Source of the DNA: a virus
Reading direction: 5' to 3' (one strand)
Virus genome (UHGV): UHGV-1519562
DNA: 64,000 bases
In this document: positions 27,579-38,044 of the stretch, piece by piece
How positions within the stretch are numbered: position 1 is the first letter of the stretch
How the letters are laid out: the number at the start of each line of letters is the position of its first letter
Translations under genes and position numbers: made by a program
Notes under the pieces: model-generated
What the model was told of the DNA's origin: nothing
Databases searched by the model: none
What the model saw: only the letters and a program-made list of their open reading frames with translations

Positions 27579-28115
27579 ATGTCTACTTATAAGATTAATG
27601 ATTGCTGTAACGCCTCTACTGCCGAGCTTAACTCCTCTTGTAACTGCAAGACTACTATGAAGTTTGAGGATTATATCATGGATGAGCTGCGCAAGGGCAA
27701 GTCTATGGATGAGATTATGAAGTATATCTCTGAGCGAGTCAATGCCGTGGAGTCTACTTTTAAGGCAGAGCAGAATAAGAAGAAGAGTTTTTGGTTGGTG
27801 AAGACTCCTGTTGAGGGTGATAGAGATTTCATTTTTGGTAATCTGCATGTAAAGATTAATGATGCTCTTGTTCATTTGAGTAATGGTAAGATTACTACTG
27901 AGGATTTTATTATTCTTTTTATTGAGGGTCTTTATCAGATTGCTCCTGCTATGCGCCCTATGCTTGATGAGATTAGTCTTGATGATGATAGTATTAGTCT
28001 TTTGACTGAAAGCATGGATAAGGTGAATAAGCTTTTCTCTGTTGCTAAGGCTTTTAGCAATGAGATTGATGATGACGCAGAAAGAATTAATAAGTTTTTG
28101 GATTCTCTACTGTAA
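27579..28115 (+). CDS. hypothetical protein
   Basis: 178-aa ORF followed by terminator hairpin GGGGATAACCCC. Confidence 0.6.
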   Translation: MSTYKINDCCNASTAELNSSCNCKTTMKFEDYIMDELRKGKSMDEIMKYISERVNAVESTFKAEQNKKKSFWLVKTPVEGDRDFIFGNLHVKINDALVHLSNGKITTEDFIILFIEGLYQIAPAMRPMLDEISLDDDSISLLTESMDKVNKLFSVAKAFSNEIDDDAERINKFLDSLL

Positions 28116-28225
28116 AAGGGGATAACCCCTTTTACAGAGGTTGAAAATAAGCGAAAATTGAAGATTGGTGAATACATTAAGCGGGAATTAAAAAATTGCA
28201 TAGTGAGTTAGATGAGTGTTGCGCA

Positions 28226-28395
28226 GAGCACATCTCTATTTTTAATTATTTTATCTATATTTTATCTATATTTTAATTATTTTTAATAAAAAGCACATCT
28301 CTATTTTTAATTATTTTTAATTATTTTATCTCTATTTTTAATTATTTTAAGATATTTTAATTATTTTTAATAAAAAGCACATCTCTCTAATTCGT
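28226..28395. repeat. AT-rich tandem direct repeats (about 2.3 copies of a 65-85 bp unit)
   Basis: AGCACATCTCTATTTTTAATTATT recurs at about 28226, 28292, 28376; TTTTAATTATTTTTAATAAAA recurs at about 28271 and 28356. Confidence 0.6.
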
Positions 28396-28694
28396 AAACC
28401 CCTTCCTTTAATCTTCTTTATTTCCATTGAAAAAATAACTTTTAAGGTGATTTTAAATGAATAAAATAGTAATTTTCCCCACTAAGCCATTGCAAAAAAT
28501 CTTTCGATGAAGAAAAACGTTATATCACGAACCAACCGAGAGAATAAACATAAATACACCAATCCCATTCTACTAATGCAATTAATTTCCATTCTAAATA
28601 ATTAATTCTTAAAGACTTCTCAAAATGAGAAGTCTTTATTTTTTTAAAAAAATATTATATAATATATATAGAAATTAAGAAAGGGTTGAAAAAT

Positions 28695-28889
28695 ATGCGG
28701 GATGCACTATTTGGCGCTTATGCAAAACATGAACAAGAGAAAAAAGAAATTATTCAAATGATGGTTGCGGATTTGCGGGAAGGTAATACTTATTTCTCCT
28801 ATGGGTTCGATGATGATTTTTCCGAAGAAGAAGTCACGGAAATGATTAAAACCGCAAAGTCTATTTATAATGAATGGAGATATAGATAA
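28695..28889 (+). CDS. hypothetical protein
   Basis: ATG 28695; conserved AT-rich promoter at 28651-28690. Confidence 0.5.
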   Translation: MRDALFGAYAKHEQEKKEIIQMMVADLREGNTYFSYGFDDDFSEEEVTEMIKTAKSIYNEWRYR

Positions 28890-29173
28890 TGAATATTGAT
28901 GCCTATATTAACGAATACTTTGCCTATAATCCCAATGCAAGATATGTTCACCTAAATTTCCGCAATCACTACACAACCCTCGACCAAATTCGCCAAATCG
29001 CCAAAGAATACACTTACCACGGTTGGAGTTCTGTTATCGGCGAAACCTATAATTCTGCCTATACAGACCTTTGGATGTTTTGGAATAAAGCTCTTTATCA
29101 ACACTGCAAAGATTCTGCAAAACCTTTTAAGACTTGCGATCGCTACTATTATTATACGGAGGTAGATAATTAA
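28889..29173 (+). CDS. hypothetical protein
   Basis: 94-aa ORF, start overlaps previous stop. Confidence 0.5.
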   Translation: MNIDAYINEYFAYNPNARYVHLNFRNHYTTLDQIRQIAKEYTYHGWSSVIGETYNSAYTDLWMFWNKALYQHCKDSAKPFKTCDRYYYYTEVDN

Positions 29174-29382
29174 TGATGTACTATACTGCTGAATGGGTTT
29201 TTGACGATAAAACGCAAACTGACACTGGCCTAATTTCCGCCAATAATATGCGGGAAGCCGGTGAATGGGCGCAAAGCTTCTACGGTGATGATCTTATTTC
29301 CATTTGCTTTACTCCACTTGAAGACCCTTTTATGTTTCCTGACAAAGCCACCGCAGAAACTATTTTAAATTCTCAAGTTTAA
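29173..29382 (+). CDS. hypothetical protein
   Basis: 69-aa ORF, GGAGG RBS. Confidence 0.5.
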   Translation: MMYYTAEWVFDDKTQTDTGLISANNMREAGEWAQSFYGDDLISICFTPLEDPFMFPDKATAETILNSQV

Positions 29383-29665
29383 AGGAGATTATAATGGATA
29401 AATGGTATAATATTAATAAATAATTGTTTTTACATAACAGAAAAAGAATTAATTACTAATTATATACATTGGAACTATCATTTTGGTTTTACCATAAATA
29501 TTAATAAGGAGAAAAATATATGAAGAAAATCTTAATTGGACTTGGGATTCACTTATTATTGAACCAATCGCAGTTTTCTGGATATCATATTTCTTTGGCT
29601 GGATTGCTTCTTTTGTAATTGGTAATTCTCTTTGCTACGCCCTAAATGCTGCTTTTACCAAAGAT

Positions 29666-29962
29666 ATGATTCCTCTAATTGCCGGAGCTATTGGTTGGAT
29701 TGCTTCTTATTTTGCAATTTTCATTGGAATCCATAATAAAAAGGACAAAGCTATTAAAACTACTTATGATAATAATAATATAACACAATCTTATTATCTT
29801 GTTTGCCGAAATGGTGATAATAAATATCAATTAGTAGCTATTCCTTGGAGTAGAATTGATAATAGAATTTTTGATTCAGAAGAAGAAGCTTTTAATTATC
29901 TTACGCAAGTACTAATACAGAGAAATTGGGAAACCAATATCTTGGCGAGAACTAGAAGATAA
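29666..29962 (+). CDS. membrane protein (hypothetical)
   Basis: N-terminal hydrophobic helix; a small hydrophobic ORF at 29520-29618 upstream may belong to the same frameshifted gene. Confidence 0.4.
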   Translation: MIPLIAGAIGWIASYFAIFIGIHNKKDKAIKTTYDNNNITQSYYLVCRNGDNKYQLVAIPWSRIDNRIFDSEEEAFNYLTQVLIQRNWETNILARTRR

Positions 29963-30166
29963 TCAATAATCGAATATTATATTAGTAAAATTGAAGGAGA
30001 ATAATAATGATTTATTGCGCTTATGATACAATTAATCCTACTCTTGATTTCAAAACAAAAGAAGAAGTACATCATTGCCGAAAATGGGGTACCTATTTCT
30101 GTAATAAGTGCGCTTCTAGGTATGACGGCGATCGCGTTAAAACCTGTTCCAAGAAAGGAAAATTAA

Positions 30167-30349
30167 ATGACTGCTGATAATGGTATTTTTTATTGGAATG
30201 CTAATGTTCCATTTTCTGTAAATAAAAAGAAATTTTTGAGATTTATCGTAGAGAATGTAGAGGAAATTGAAAATTATCCCGATGTTTATGACAACTTATA
30301 TTTTAATTCAAGAAGGCAAAAGTCATCGTTGAACCAAATACACATTTAA
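30167..30349 (+). CDS. hypothetical protein
   Basis: 60-aa ORF; preceded by a Cys-rich about 56-aa ORF at about 30007-30177. Confidence 0.4.
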   Translation: MTADNGIFYWNANVPFSVNKKKFLRFIVENVEEIENYPDVYDNLYFNSRRQKSSLNQIHI

Positions 30350-30548
30350 TCGCCAAAGATAAAGATGGACATTTTTATACAAGGAGAACTGAGAAACATG
30401 AGGGCTATTATTAATTATTTTCATTCTCTATTCTGCAAGCATGATTTTGAATTAATCTTGCCGATTCCGCAAAAGCTATTATATAAAAATTTATAAATGT
30501 AAAAAGTGCGGCTATGAGAAAAAATATAAATGTATTTAAGGAGATATA

Positions 30549-30893
30549 ATGTGTAATTTATTTATTGTTGCTCTTGTTGGTATTATTAGACTGGTTTTAA
30601 TAGATAAAACTATCGTATATATAGATTTTTGTTATATTTCCATAGCTGGTTTTTTAATTGCTTTTCTTTTTATGCTCATTGGTTTTTTGCAAATTTTAGA
30701 ATATAATTGTTTTTATGCAGATAATTATGAACCTGCAAGAATTACTATTGCGGAAAATTATAAAACAGTTGAAAATTTAAATGAAATTAATGACAATTTA
30801 ATTCGTTTCAAATCTATAAAAACCGCGTGGGGAAATTGGTCACCAGTTCCAGATTCGGTCTTTGAACTAAAACTCTTAAAAAATAATAAATAA
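30549..30893 (+). CDS. membrane protein (hypothetical)
   Basis: two N-terminal hydrophobic segments; terminator hairpin after stop. Confidence 0.5.
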   Translation: MCNLFIVALVGIIRLVLIDKTIVYIDFCYISIAGFLIAFLFMLIGFLQILEYNCFYADNYEPARITIAENYKTVENLNEINDNLIRFKSIKTAWGNWSPVPDSVFELKLLKNNK

Positions 30894-31034
30894 TTTATAA
30901 GACTTAATGAGAAATCATTAAGTCTTTTTTATACTCAAAACCGCAATGCTCCAAAATCTTTTAATCAAAATTGAAAAAATAAAAAAAATATATTATAATA
31001 TATATAGAAAATAAGAAAGGAAGTTGAATTTTAT

Positions 31035-31754
31035 ATGATTCCTGGTCTTTATGCAAACTATCAAAAACAATGGGGTCAAAACACCATTTGGATTATTTCT
31101 GACCTTCACTTTGGCGATAAAGAATTGCGGAAAGGTATTGCTAAACGTCCTTCTGACGAACAGCTTTTAAAGAATATTAATTCTTGCGTTGGCAAGAAAG
31201 ATACTCTTATTGTTCTAGGTGATGTAGGCGACTTATCTTACGTCCGCAAACTTAAAGGTTATAAAGTTCTTATTAAAGGAAATCATGATGTAGGTTCTTC
31301 CCTCTATCAAAGAGAAATTTTTTATAAGCGTTATCCGCAAGACTACATTTCTTATGAAGGTGTAAAAGCAGAAGTAAGAGAAAAATTCCCTGAATATTCT
31401 TTTTCTATTAATGAAGGTCTTGGTTTTTACAGTCCTTTTGAATGGTGGGAAGTAACTTTAGATAATAGACTTTTTGATGAAGTTTATGAAGGTGCATTAA
31501 TTATTGGCGAAAAGCTCATTCTTTCACATGAACCTATTGCTGATATTAATTGGGCGCTAAACCTGCATGGCCACAATCATTTTGGTATTCCGCATCCTGA
31601 TAAATATCATTATAACTTCAATGCAGATGTGATTAATTACAAACCCATTAATCTAAACAAATTTATGAAAGAAGGTTACTTATCCAAAATTCCTTCTATT
31701 CATAGACTTACTATTGATTCAGCTATTGAAAAAACAAAAAGAAAAAACAAATGA
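31035..31754 (+). CDS. calcineurin-like metallophosphoesterase
   Basis: motifs ISDLHFGD, GDVGD, GNHD, GHNH. Confidence 0.7.
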   Translation: MIPGLYANYQKQWGQNTIWIISDLHFGDKELRKGIAKRPSDEQLLKNINSCVGKKDTLIVLGDVGDLSYVRKLKGYKVLIKGNHDVGSSLYQREIFYKRYPQDYISYEGVKAEVREKFPEYSFSINEGLGFYSPFEWWEVTLDNRLFDEVYEGALIIGEKLILSHEPIADINWALNLHGHNHFGIPHPDKYHYNFNADVINYKPINLNKFMKEGYLSKIPSIHRLTIDSAIEKTKRKNK

Positions 31755-31840
31755 TTACAAGATTTTATAATCAAAATTGAAAATTTAATAAAAATATATT
31801 ATAATATATATAGAAAGTTAAGGGAGGAAGAAATATTACT

Positions 31841-32104
31841 ATGAAAGAAAAGAAATGGTATATCGTAAATCAAAGTGCAGGTCGTGAAAGTAATCTATTC
31901 TATTTGATTAACGCGACTGAAAAAGAAGTGACAACCCTTCAATGTTTAATTGATAATGATGCCGATGAAAGTCCATATTGTTTGTACAGTGATTATCATT
32001 GGGGTACTATTCAAGTTGTATCTAATGGATTTAATACTAGAAAGGAAGCTATAGAATACTTTCAAACCGCAAAGGAATTTGAGAGTTACAACGAATGGAT
32101 GTGA
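31841..32104 (+). CDS. hypothetical protein
   Basis: 87-aa ORF with GGGAGG RBS and conserved promoter. Confidence 0.55.
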   Translation: MKEKKWYIVNQSAGRESNLFYLINATEKEVTTLQCLIDNDADESPYCLYSDYHWGTIQVVSNGFNTRKEAIEYFQTAKEFESYNEWM

Positions 32105-32334
32105 AAACTATGAAAATGTATACAAATTGGGATGAGCTTTGTGATTTAATCATTCACTTTGGTGGTGAATATGATATTGACGCAGATAAACCTGATGAAA
32201 ATCATTATTTTATCTGCCCTGAATGCGGAGAACCTATTTACAATGGCGATTTTGCTGAATCTGATTTTCTAAATAATAATAATCTTAGTTGTCCTGTTTG
32301 TGGAACTACTGCTGCTGATATGTTTGGAGGTTGA
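32095..32334 (+). CDS. zinc-ribbon protein (hypothetical)
   Basis: CPECG...CPVCG pair of CxxC motifs. Confidence 0.5.
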   Translation: MDVKTMKMYTNWDELCDLIIHFGGEYDIDADKPDENHYFICPECGEPIYNGDFAESDFLNNNNLSCPVCGTTAADMFGG

Positions 32335-32340
32335 TTATTA

Positions 32341-32799
32341 ATGAGTGTTGCTAAATCTTATGAAAATTTTACTAAACTGTCTGAACCTTATGAAGAAAAT
32401 GGCAAGATGTATATTCAACTTCAGAATCCTAAAACTGGTACTATCCGCAAAGCAAGATGGTATGAAGAAACAAAAGTAAAGAAAACTAATAGCGGAAATC
32501 CCAATCTGAAAAGAGTGCGCGGTTTCAGCAAAGGTCCTATTCTTGTAGTTCGCAATATTAAAACTCATGCGGATGAACTTTGGTGTAAAGAATCCAATGC
32601 AAGATACGCGGTAGGTATTGGTTGGCATTTTGTTTCTGAAGAAGAACTTCCCACAGAAATGCCCAAAAACCTCAAATATGTACTTCTTACTTGGGATGAA
32701 TTTAAAGGCAAAGATGATTTTCATTCTAAAACCTCTAAACAGCTCGCCGCAATCATTACCCGCAAACTTGAAGCTAATAAAACTATTACTTTTTGTTAA
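32341..32799 (+). CDS. hypothetical protein
   Basis: 152-aa ORF, GGAGG RBS. Confidence 0.55.
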   Translation: MSVAKSYENFTKLSEPYEENGKMYIQLQNPKTGTIRKARWYEETKVKKTNSGNPNLKRVRGFSKGPILVVRNIKTHADELWCKESNARYAVGIGWHFVSEEELPTEMPKNLKYVLLTWDEFKGKDDFHSKTSKQLAAIITRKLEANKTITFC

Positions 32800-33011
32800 G
32801 GAGGACTAAATGAATATTGCAAAAATTGTAACTGATTTTATCCAGTCTGGCGAAATTCAGGAATTGGCGAATAGCCAGCCTGAACATAAGGAAGCTTTTA
32901 TCACAGGCGCTACTTGGGCAGCTTGTATGATTGCTATGAAATGCGTTGAAACAGAACAGAAGAAGGAGGATAAAGAATGAAGGCTATTTATAAAACACAT
33001 TGTGTTGATTT

Positions 33012-33254
33012 TTGGGAATGGGTACAGCATGGGGCAAAGAAGAAGCTTTACAGTCTTTAAGAGATTTTTTTAAATCTATTAATCATAAGGCTATAATTTT
33101 TAGTTCTAATGAGCTTGAAGATGGTTTTTATATTAAATCTGAATATAGTTGGACTGCACATGTTTACTATGGCAGCATTTTAGTAATTGATAAGAATGAT
33201 AATTATTATTATCTTAAAGATAAATTCAAAAAATTTTTTGAGGTAATGGGATGA
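33012..33254 (+). CDS. hypothetical protein
   Basis: 80-aa ORF. Confidence 0.45.
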   Translation: MGMGTAWGKEEALQSLRDFFKSINHKAIIFSSNELEDGFYIKSEYSWTAHVYYGSILVIDKNDNYYYLKDKFKKFFEVMG

Positions 33255-33541
33255 AACATTCTATATTTGTTATCTGTGATACATCTGCTTCTCCAAAGCT
33301 GACTTATCTTACTCATAATGATAAAATTTGGACATCCGATTTAGAAGAAGCAGCAATTTGGTTTAATAAAACAAACGCTCAGTTATATATTGAAAAATTT
33401 GTTACAGATATTTTTCATCGCCAAATAGAAATAATCAATAGAGAAGGAATCAACAAATTTACATCAGTAAAATACAATACAGTTTATGAGAATTATTTTC
33501 GATTAAAGCGAATTTATAAACCTTTGGAGGTATCTGTATGA
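33251..33541 (+). CDS. hypothetical protein
   Basis: 96-aa ORF overlapping previous stop. Confidence 0.45.
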   Translation: MKHSIFVICDTSASPKLTYLTHNDKIWTSDLEEAAIWFNKTNAQLYIEKFVTDIFHRQIEIINREGINKFTSVKYNTVYENYFRLKRIYKPLEVSV

Positions 33542-33759
33542 GAACAAGATGTATTCTTTATAAAATTGATGAAAATTATAAAAACTCTTATTTGAGTTAT
33601 GATTTTCTTAATATGACTACATATTTTACGCCTTCTTCTTCTACTGCTTTTATTTTTAATTCTGTAAAAATTGCAGAAAATTACCTCAAAACGCACAATC
33701 TTCAGCTAAACATTCAGACTATTTATAATGAAAGGAATATTGAAAATGAGTGGTTTTAA
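33538..33759 (+). CDS. hypothetical protein
   Basis: 73-aa ORF overlapping previous stop. Confidence 0.45.
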   Translation: MRTRCILYKIDENYKNSYLSYDFLNMTTYFTPSSSTAFIFNSVKIAENYLKTHNLQLNIQTIYNERNIENEWF

Positions 33760-33967
33760 AACTATTGATAATCAGTCCACCTTGATTACAGTTTGCGGTG
33801 AATGTCCTTTTGCTTCCAAAAAGACATATGAATATACTAGAAAAAATCCTTATGACCCCTATGGAGATGTACAGTACATCTTTGAAAAGAAATGTGAAAG
33901 ATATAATACTATTGTACCTGATACTTTGCCGGTTTGTGAAGCTATGGAATTTTGTTATAATGATTAA
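33746..33967 (+). CDS. Cys-rich hypothetical protein
   Basis: ATG 33746 after AAAGGA; CGEC...C...C pattern. Confidence 0.45.
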   Translation: MSGFKTIDNQSTLITVCGECPFASKKTYEYTRKNPYDPYGDVQYIFEKKCERYNTIVPDTLPVCEAMEFCYND

Positions 33968-33974
33968 AAAAAAT

Positions 33975-34178
33975 ATGAAAATTTTTAAACTTTATAGAAT
34001 TGCACCTACTCAAGAAAAAGAATGGCTTCATATTAGAGGTATTCAATATCTTTGGGAAAAAGGAAATTATGCAGGCACTTCTTTTCCTTCTTTACACAAA
34101 GCATTAAAATGTAAAGAAAAATATTTAATAAATTTTGGTTTTCCTTCTTTTCAGATTTATATTGCAGAATTTTTTTAA
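33975..34178 (+). CDS. hypothetical protein (paralog of 34188-34343)
   Basis: shares (I/L)YR(I/V)...KEWL(H/N)I... N-terminus with the next small gene. Confidence 0.45.
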   Translation: MKIFKLYRIAPTQEKEWLHIRGIQYLWEKGNYAGTSFPSLHKALKCKEKYLINFGFPSFQIYIAEFF

Positions 34179-34187
34179 AAGGTTAAT

Positions 34188-34343
34188 ATGTATTATATTT
34201 ATCGAGTTATTGACAAGAAAAAAGAATGGTTAAATATTAAAATTTTAGATGGACAACTTATTTGGACTTGGAAAAAGCACTGCAATAAAGCTATTTCTTT
34301 TTTAAGTATGCGAGAAGCAATAGTCACAAAAGGATGTACTTAA
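34188..34343 (+). CDS. hypothetical protein (paralog of 33975-34178)
   Basis: 51-aa ORF below track cutoff; similar N-terminus to previous gene. Confidence 0.4.
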   Translation: MYYIYRVIDKKKEWLNIKILDGQLIWTWKKHCNKAISFLSMREAIVTKGCT

Positions 34344-34401
34344 AAGCTTTTAATGTTTCTTCTAAAGACGTTTATATTATATTTAAAAGGAGCTGGTAAT
34401 T

Positions 34402-34617
34402 ATGACTTATCAATATTATGAGTACAACATTGTATTGAAAAATAACGAAATTCGCCAAGGTATTATTAGTGCGGAAGATTATTATTCTGCTCTTGATGAC
34501 ATTATTCATCAGTATAATAATATTAAATCTATTCTATTGTCAGAAATTGATTCTCTTGGTAGTGTAAGTTTTTCTGAAGAAATTATTAATGAAATCAAAA
34601 GAAATGAGGTAGTTTAA
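34402..34617 (+). CDS. hypothetical protein
   Basis: 71-aa ORF with AAAAGGAG RBS. Confidence 0.5.
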   Translation: MTYQYYEYNIVLKNNEIRQGIISAEDYYSALDDIIHQYNNIKSILLSEIDSLGSVSFSEEIINEIKRNEVV

Positions 34618-34618
34618 T

Positions 34619-34861
34619 ATGGAAACTCATCACGGAATTATTAATCATACTGAGCATTATTCTCTTGAAATCAATAGATTTATGAACGCTCTTGATGCAG
34701 TAATTGAATCTGCTATTGATTATGGTCAAGCAGAAGAAACAGATGAAGAAAGATTAACTCTTAAAACTCTTGATGATAATATTAATCTTTTGTTTAGAAA
34801 GCTAGGGATTTCTGCTGATTGGTACGCTCGCAATGGGCATCTTATCAATAGGGTTAAGTGA
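34619..34861 (+). CDS. hypothetical protein
   Basis: 80-aa ORF, followed by terminator hairpin. Confidence 0.5.
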   Translation: METHHGIINHTEHYSLEINRFMNALDAVIESAIDYGQAEETDEERLTLKTLDDNINLLFRKLGISADWYARNGHLINRVK

Positions 34862-34956
34862 ATAAAACAAAGGTCAACAGATTTTGTAACACTGTTGACC
34901 TTTTAAAAATTTTATGATATAATATTTATAGAAAATAAAAAAGGAGTTTTAAAAGT

Positions 34957-36630
34957 ATGGAAGATTTTATGAACAAATTAAATCTTACTAAAGATGAAGA
35001 TTTGTTAAATTTTTATTTTCAAACTTACGGCGATGATGAAGCTATGCCCGCAAGAGACTATCTCAAATTTTGGCATGAAGCTAAAAGTGAATATCTACTT
35101 CCTATCTTTAAAAATCAACTTATCTACAAAAAAGAAATCAGTTTTGATGTAGATACTGAAATTCTTATTTCAAGAATTTACAGACTTTTTATTAAAGATA
35201 ATAAAAATTCTAATATCTATTACAAACTTAAAAATAGATTATTTGAAATTGTTGATAATTTATTTCCTAATGTAAGTAAAGATATTCGTATAAACAAAGA
35301 TGTTTCTTGTGATTCATACCTCTGGATAAGTTCTTGTTTAAATTTTCGCACTCTAGCTTTGAATAGAACTGCAACTACTTTTCAATATAATAATTTTAAA
35401 ATCCCGCAAGGTACAAAAGTTTTTAAAGCTCTTAAATCTTTTGTTAATTTTGCGTTAAAGAATAAACTTATTGAACAAATTGAATATGATGAAATAAATG
35501 ATCTTATTGAATATTTGCGGATTCAACATTCTCAAGTATTTAATCAAAAAAAGATTTCCGGCAATTTATGTATCTCAATTCATCCTATGGACTATATTAC
35601 CATGAGTGATAATAGTAATAACTGGGATTCTTGTATGCGCTGGGGCAATGACGGAGGGGATTATAAAGTAGGTACTTTGGAAATGCTTAATTCTCCTTCT
35701 GTTGTAGTTTGTTATCTTGAAAGCAAAAAACCTTGGAATATCAATGATGATTATTCCTGGAATAATAAAAAATGGCGGGAATTATTTATTGTTGATAAAG
35801 ATTTTATTTGTGGTGTCAAAGGCTATCCATATCCTAGTGTTTATCTGGAGACTATGTGTGCTAACTGGTTAGCAGATTTAGTTGAAGAATATTATCACAA
35901 TAAGTTTGATAGAACTAATTTCCGCTATGATAAAAAAATTACATTTGAAACTATTCTAATGTATAATGATATTAATGCAAATGGAGAATGTTTTTTATAT
36001 TATTCAGAGGATGCTATTGAAGCAGATGAAGAAATTGAATTTAATTATAGTGGATATGCAAGATGTTTAAGATGCGGTGAAATTATTTCTGAAGAATGGA
36101 CAGATTCAGATACTTTATTTAGTATGTTTCTTTGTCCTAGTTGCGCAGGTTTGATATTTTGTGCAGATTGTGGCGATTTAATTAATCCAGAAGATTATGG
36201 CGTTGAACACAATGGAAACTGGTATTGTGAAGAATGTATGTTAGATCATGGTTTCTTCTGCGGTGAGTGCGATGAATTTCATTGGAATGATGAAGATGAA
36301 AACACCGCGATTTATGTTGCGTACAAAGACAAAAATTCTGAACAAGTAGAATTAAGAATACTCAATTATTTGTGTCCTGATTGTATTAATGAAAATCTTG
36401 AATGTGGAAATATCGTTGAAGTAGAATATGAAAATCAAAAATATTATGTTGCTACTGTTGATTTTATTACTTCAGAATATGTTAGTCAAGTTTCTCGTTA
36501 TGGCGATAAAGATGGGCATAAAATGATTTCTACTTTTGCTTTTTACCATGATTTAACTTTTAATAAAACAATTTTGTATAATCCAGAATACTTTATTAAC
36601 AAGGAGTATTTAAATGAAGAAAATGACTAA
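34957..36630 (+). CDS. large hypothetical protein with C-terminal multi-CxxC zinc-ribbon region (paralog of 38736-40031)
   Basis: 557 aa; conserved block KISG.L..SI.P.....T.S.N..NW.SC...DG.Y..G shared with the 431-aa paralog; at least 6 CxxC pairs near the C-terminus. Confidence 0.65.
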   Translation: MEDFMNKLNLTKDEDLLNFYFQTYGDDEAMPARDYLKFWHEAKSEYLLPIFKNQLIYKKEISFDVDTEILISRIYRLFIKDNKNSNIYYKLKNRLFEIVDNLFPNVSKDIRINKDVSCDSYLWISSCLNFRTLALNRTATTFQYNNFKIPQGTKVFKALKSFVNFALKNKLIEQIEYDEINDLIEYLRIQHSQVFNQKKISGNLCISIHPMDYITMSDNSNNWDSCMRWGNDGGDYKVGTLEMLNSPSVVVCYLESKKPWNINDDYSWNNKKWRELFIVDKDFICGVKGYPYPSVYLETMCANWLADLVEEYYHNKFDRTNFRYDKKITFETILMYNDINANGECFLYYSEDAIEADEEIEFNYSGYARCLRCGEIISEEWTDSDTLFSMFLCPSCAGLIFCADCGDLINPEDYGVEHNGNWYCEECMLDHGFFCGECDEFHWNDEDENTAIYVAYKDKNSEQVELRILNYLCPDCINENLECGNIVEVEYENQKYYVATVDFITSEYVSQVSRYGDKDGHKMISTFAFYHDLTFNKTILYNPEYFINKEYLNEEND

Positions 36631-36991
36631 AAGAGATTATTATAAAAAAATTCTCCAACATTTTGGAGATAATTGCCCAGAGTCAGAAATGATTAGAAAT
36701 TTTCTTGAAAATGAAATTATGTTGCTTGATAGAAAAACAGAGTCTGCAAAGTTAAAAGCTATTGAAGCAAAAGAAAAAGGTGACGAACTGCGTGAACAGA
36801 TTTATGACATTTTACCTAGTTGCGAAGAAAATCCCATTCCTGTTTCTAAAATAAAAGAAATTTTAAATAATGATTTAATTACTTCTCAAAAAATTTCTGC
36901 GCGTTTGACTCAGTTGTTTAAATTAAACAAAATTGAGAAACAAGAAATTTCTTTTGAAGGTCAGAAAAAGACTGGATATAGAAAAATTTAA
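36614..36991 (+). CDS. small winged-helix-like protein (family with 18863, 22200, 59230 ORFs)
   Basis: 125 aa; C-terminal region resembles the putative wHTH of the paralog family. Confidence 0.5.
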   Translation: MKKMTKRDYYKKILQHFGDNCPESEMIRNFLENEIMLLDRKTESAKLKAIEAKEKGDELREQIYDILPSCEENPIPVSKIKEILNNDLITSQKISARLTQLFKLNKIEKQEISFEGQKKTGYRKI

Positions 36992-37158
36992 GAAGATAAA
37001 GAGGAGAATTTTTTCTCCTCTTTTTTATTACCATAATTATAATAACATATTTTTTGCTAAAAATAAAGTTTGAAACTTTTAGCTTAGCTTAGGCCGGGGC
37101 GGAGACGTGCGAATAAAAATGGCTTTAACAAATTTTTAAAAGATAAAGGAGAATAACA

Positions 37159-37935
37159 ATGTTATATAGTTTAAATACAAGATTAAAAAAACTAATGCCA
37201 GATGAAATCAAATGTCAAGTAAATAGATTGGGAGACATTTTTGATTTAATTAAAGAAAATCCAGATATTAGATGTAATATTCAATACACTAATATGGGCG
37301 AATTATCTGAAAAAAAATTAGATGAACAAATTGATTTTATTAAAGAAGTGGCAAAAGATTATACAATAGCTGTAATTAATTTCCAAGATTTGCGGAAATT
37401 AAAAGCAAAAGGCTATAATGTATATTTAGATTTGCCGGTTTCAGATTGGGAAACTTTTAATAATTTAAAAAATATTGGGGTTTCAGATATTTATATTGAC
37501 GGAGCTTTAGGATTCCAAATGGAAAAAATTGGAAAAGCAAAAGGAAAAATAAAGATTAGAGTTACTCCGCACATGTCGCCAAACGCGCAATGGTCATTTT
37601 CAGATAATGAAAATTCTTTTTATATTCGACCAGAAGATATAGATAATTATTCTAAATATGTAGATATTTTAGACTTTAGAGATAACAGTAAAGATGCAGA
37701 AGAAACTTTATTCAATATTTATAAAAGGAAGATTTTTCCTTTTGATTTAAATAATTTAATTAGACAATTGAATTTACCAACTAATAATATTTATATTGCA
37801 AATAGCTTTTGTTCAAACAGATTGAATTGCGGGCAAAGATGTCAAGAGCCAGATATTTCTTGCCATTTATGTAGAAACGCAATTTTAATTTCTAATAAAA
37901 TGAATGAATATATTAGTTTAACAGAAAAAAATTGA
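37159..37935 (+). CDS. hypothetical protein with C-terminal Cys cluster
   Basis: 258 aa; C-terminal CSNRLNCGQRCQEPDISCHLC. Confidence 0.55.
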   Translation: MLYSLNTRLKKLMPDEIKCQVNRLGDIFDLIKENPDIRCNIQYTNMGELSEKKLDEQIDFIKEVAKDYTIAVINFQDLRKLKAKGYNVYLDLPVSDWETFNNLKNIGVSDIYIDGALGFQMEKIGKAKGKIKIRVTPHMSPNAQWSFSDNENSFYIRPEDIDNYSKYVDILDFRDNSKDAEETLFNIYKRKIFPFDLNNLIRQLNLPTNNIYIANSFCSNRLNCGQRCQEPDISCHLCRNAILISNKMNEYISLTEKN

Positions 37936-38044
37936 TTTTTTTTAAAAAATATAATATAATATTTATATAATAAAAGAAATAATAAGTTTTATAAAACTCA
38001 CCTTTGGTGAGTTTTATAAAACAAATAAGAAAGATGGGGATGAT

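Noticed and set aside
28226-28395. Possible CRISPR array
   Set aside because: Repeats are AT-rich, nested and irregular, with no constant-length unique spacers and no cas genes nearby; better described as tandem or iteron-like repeats.
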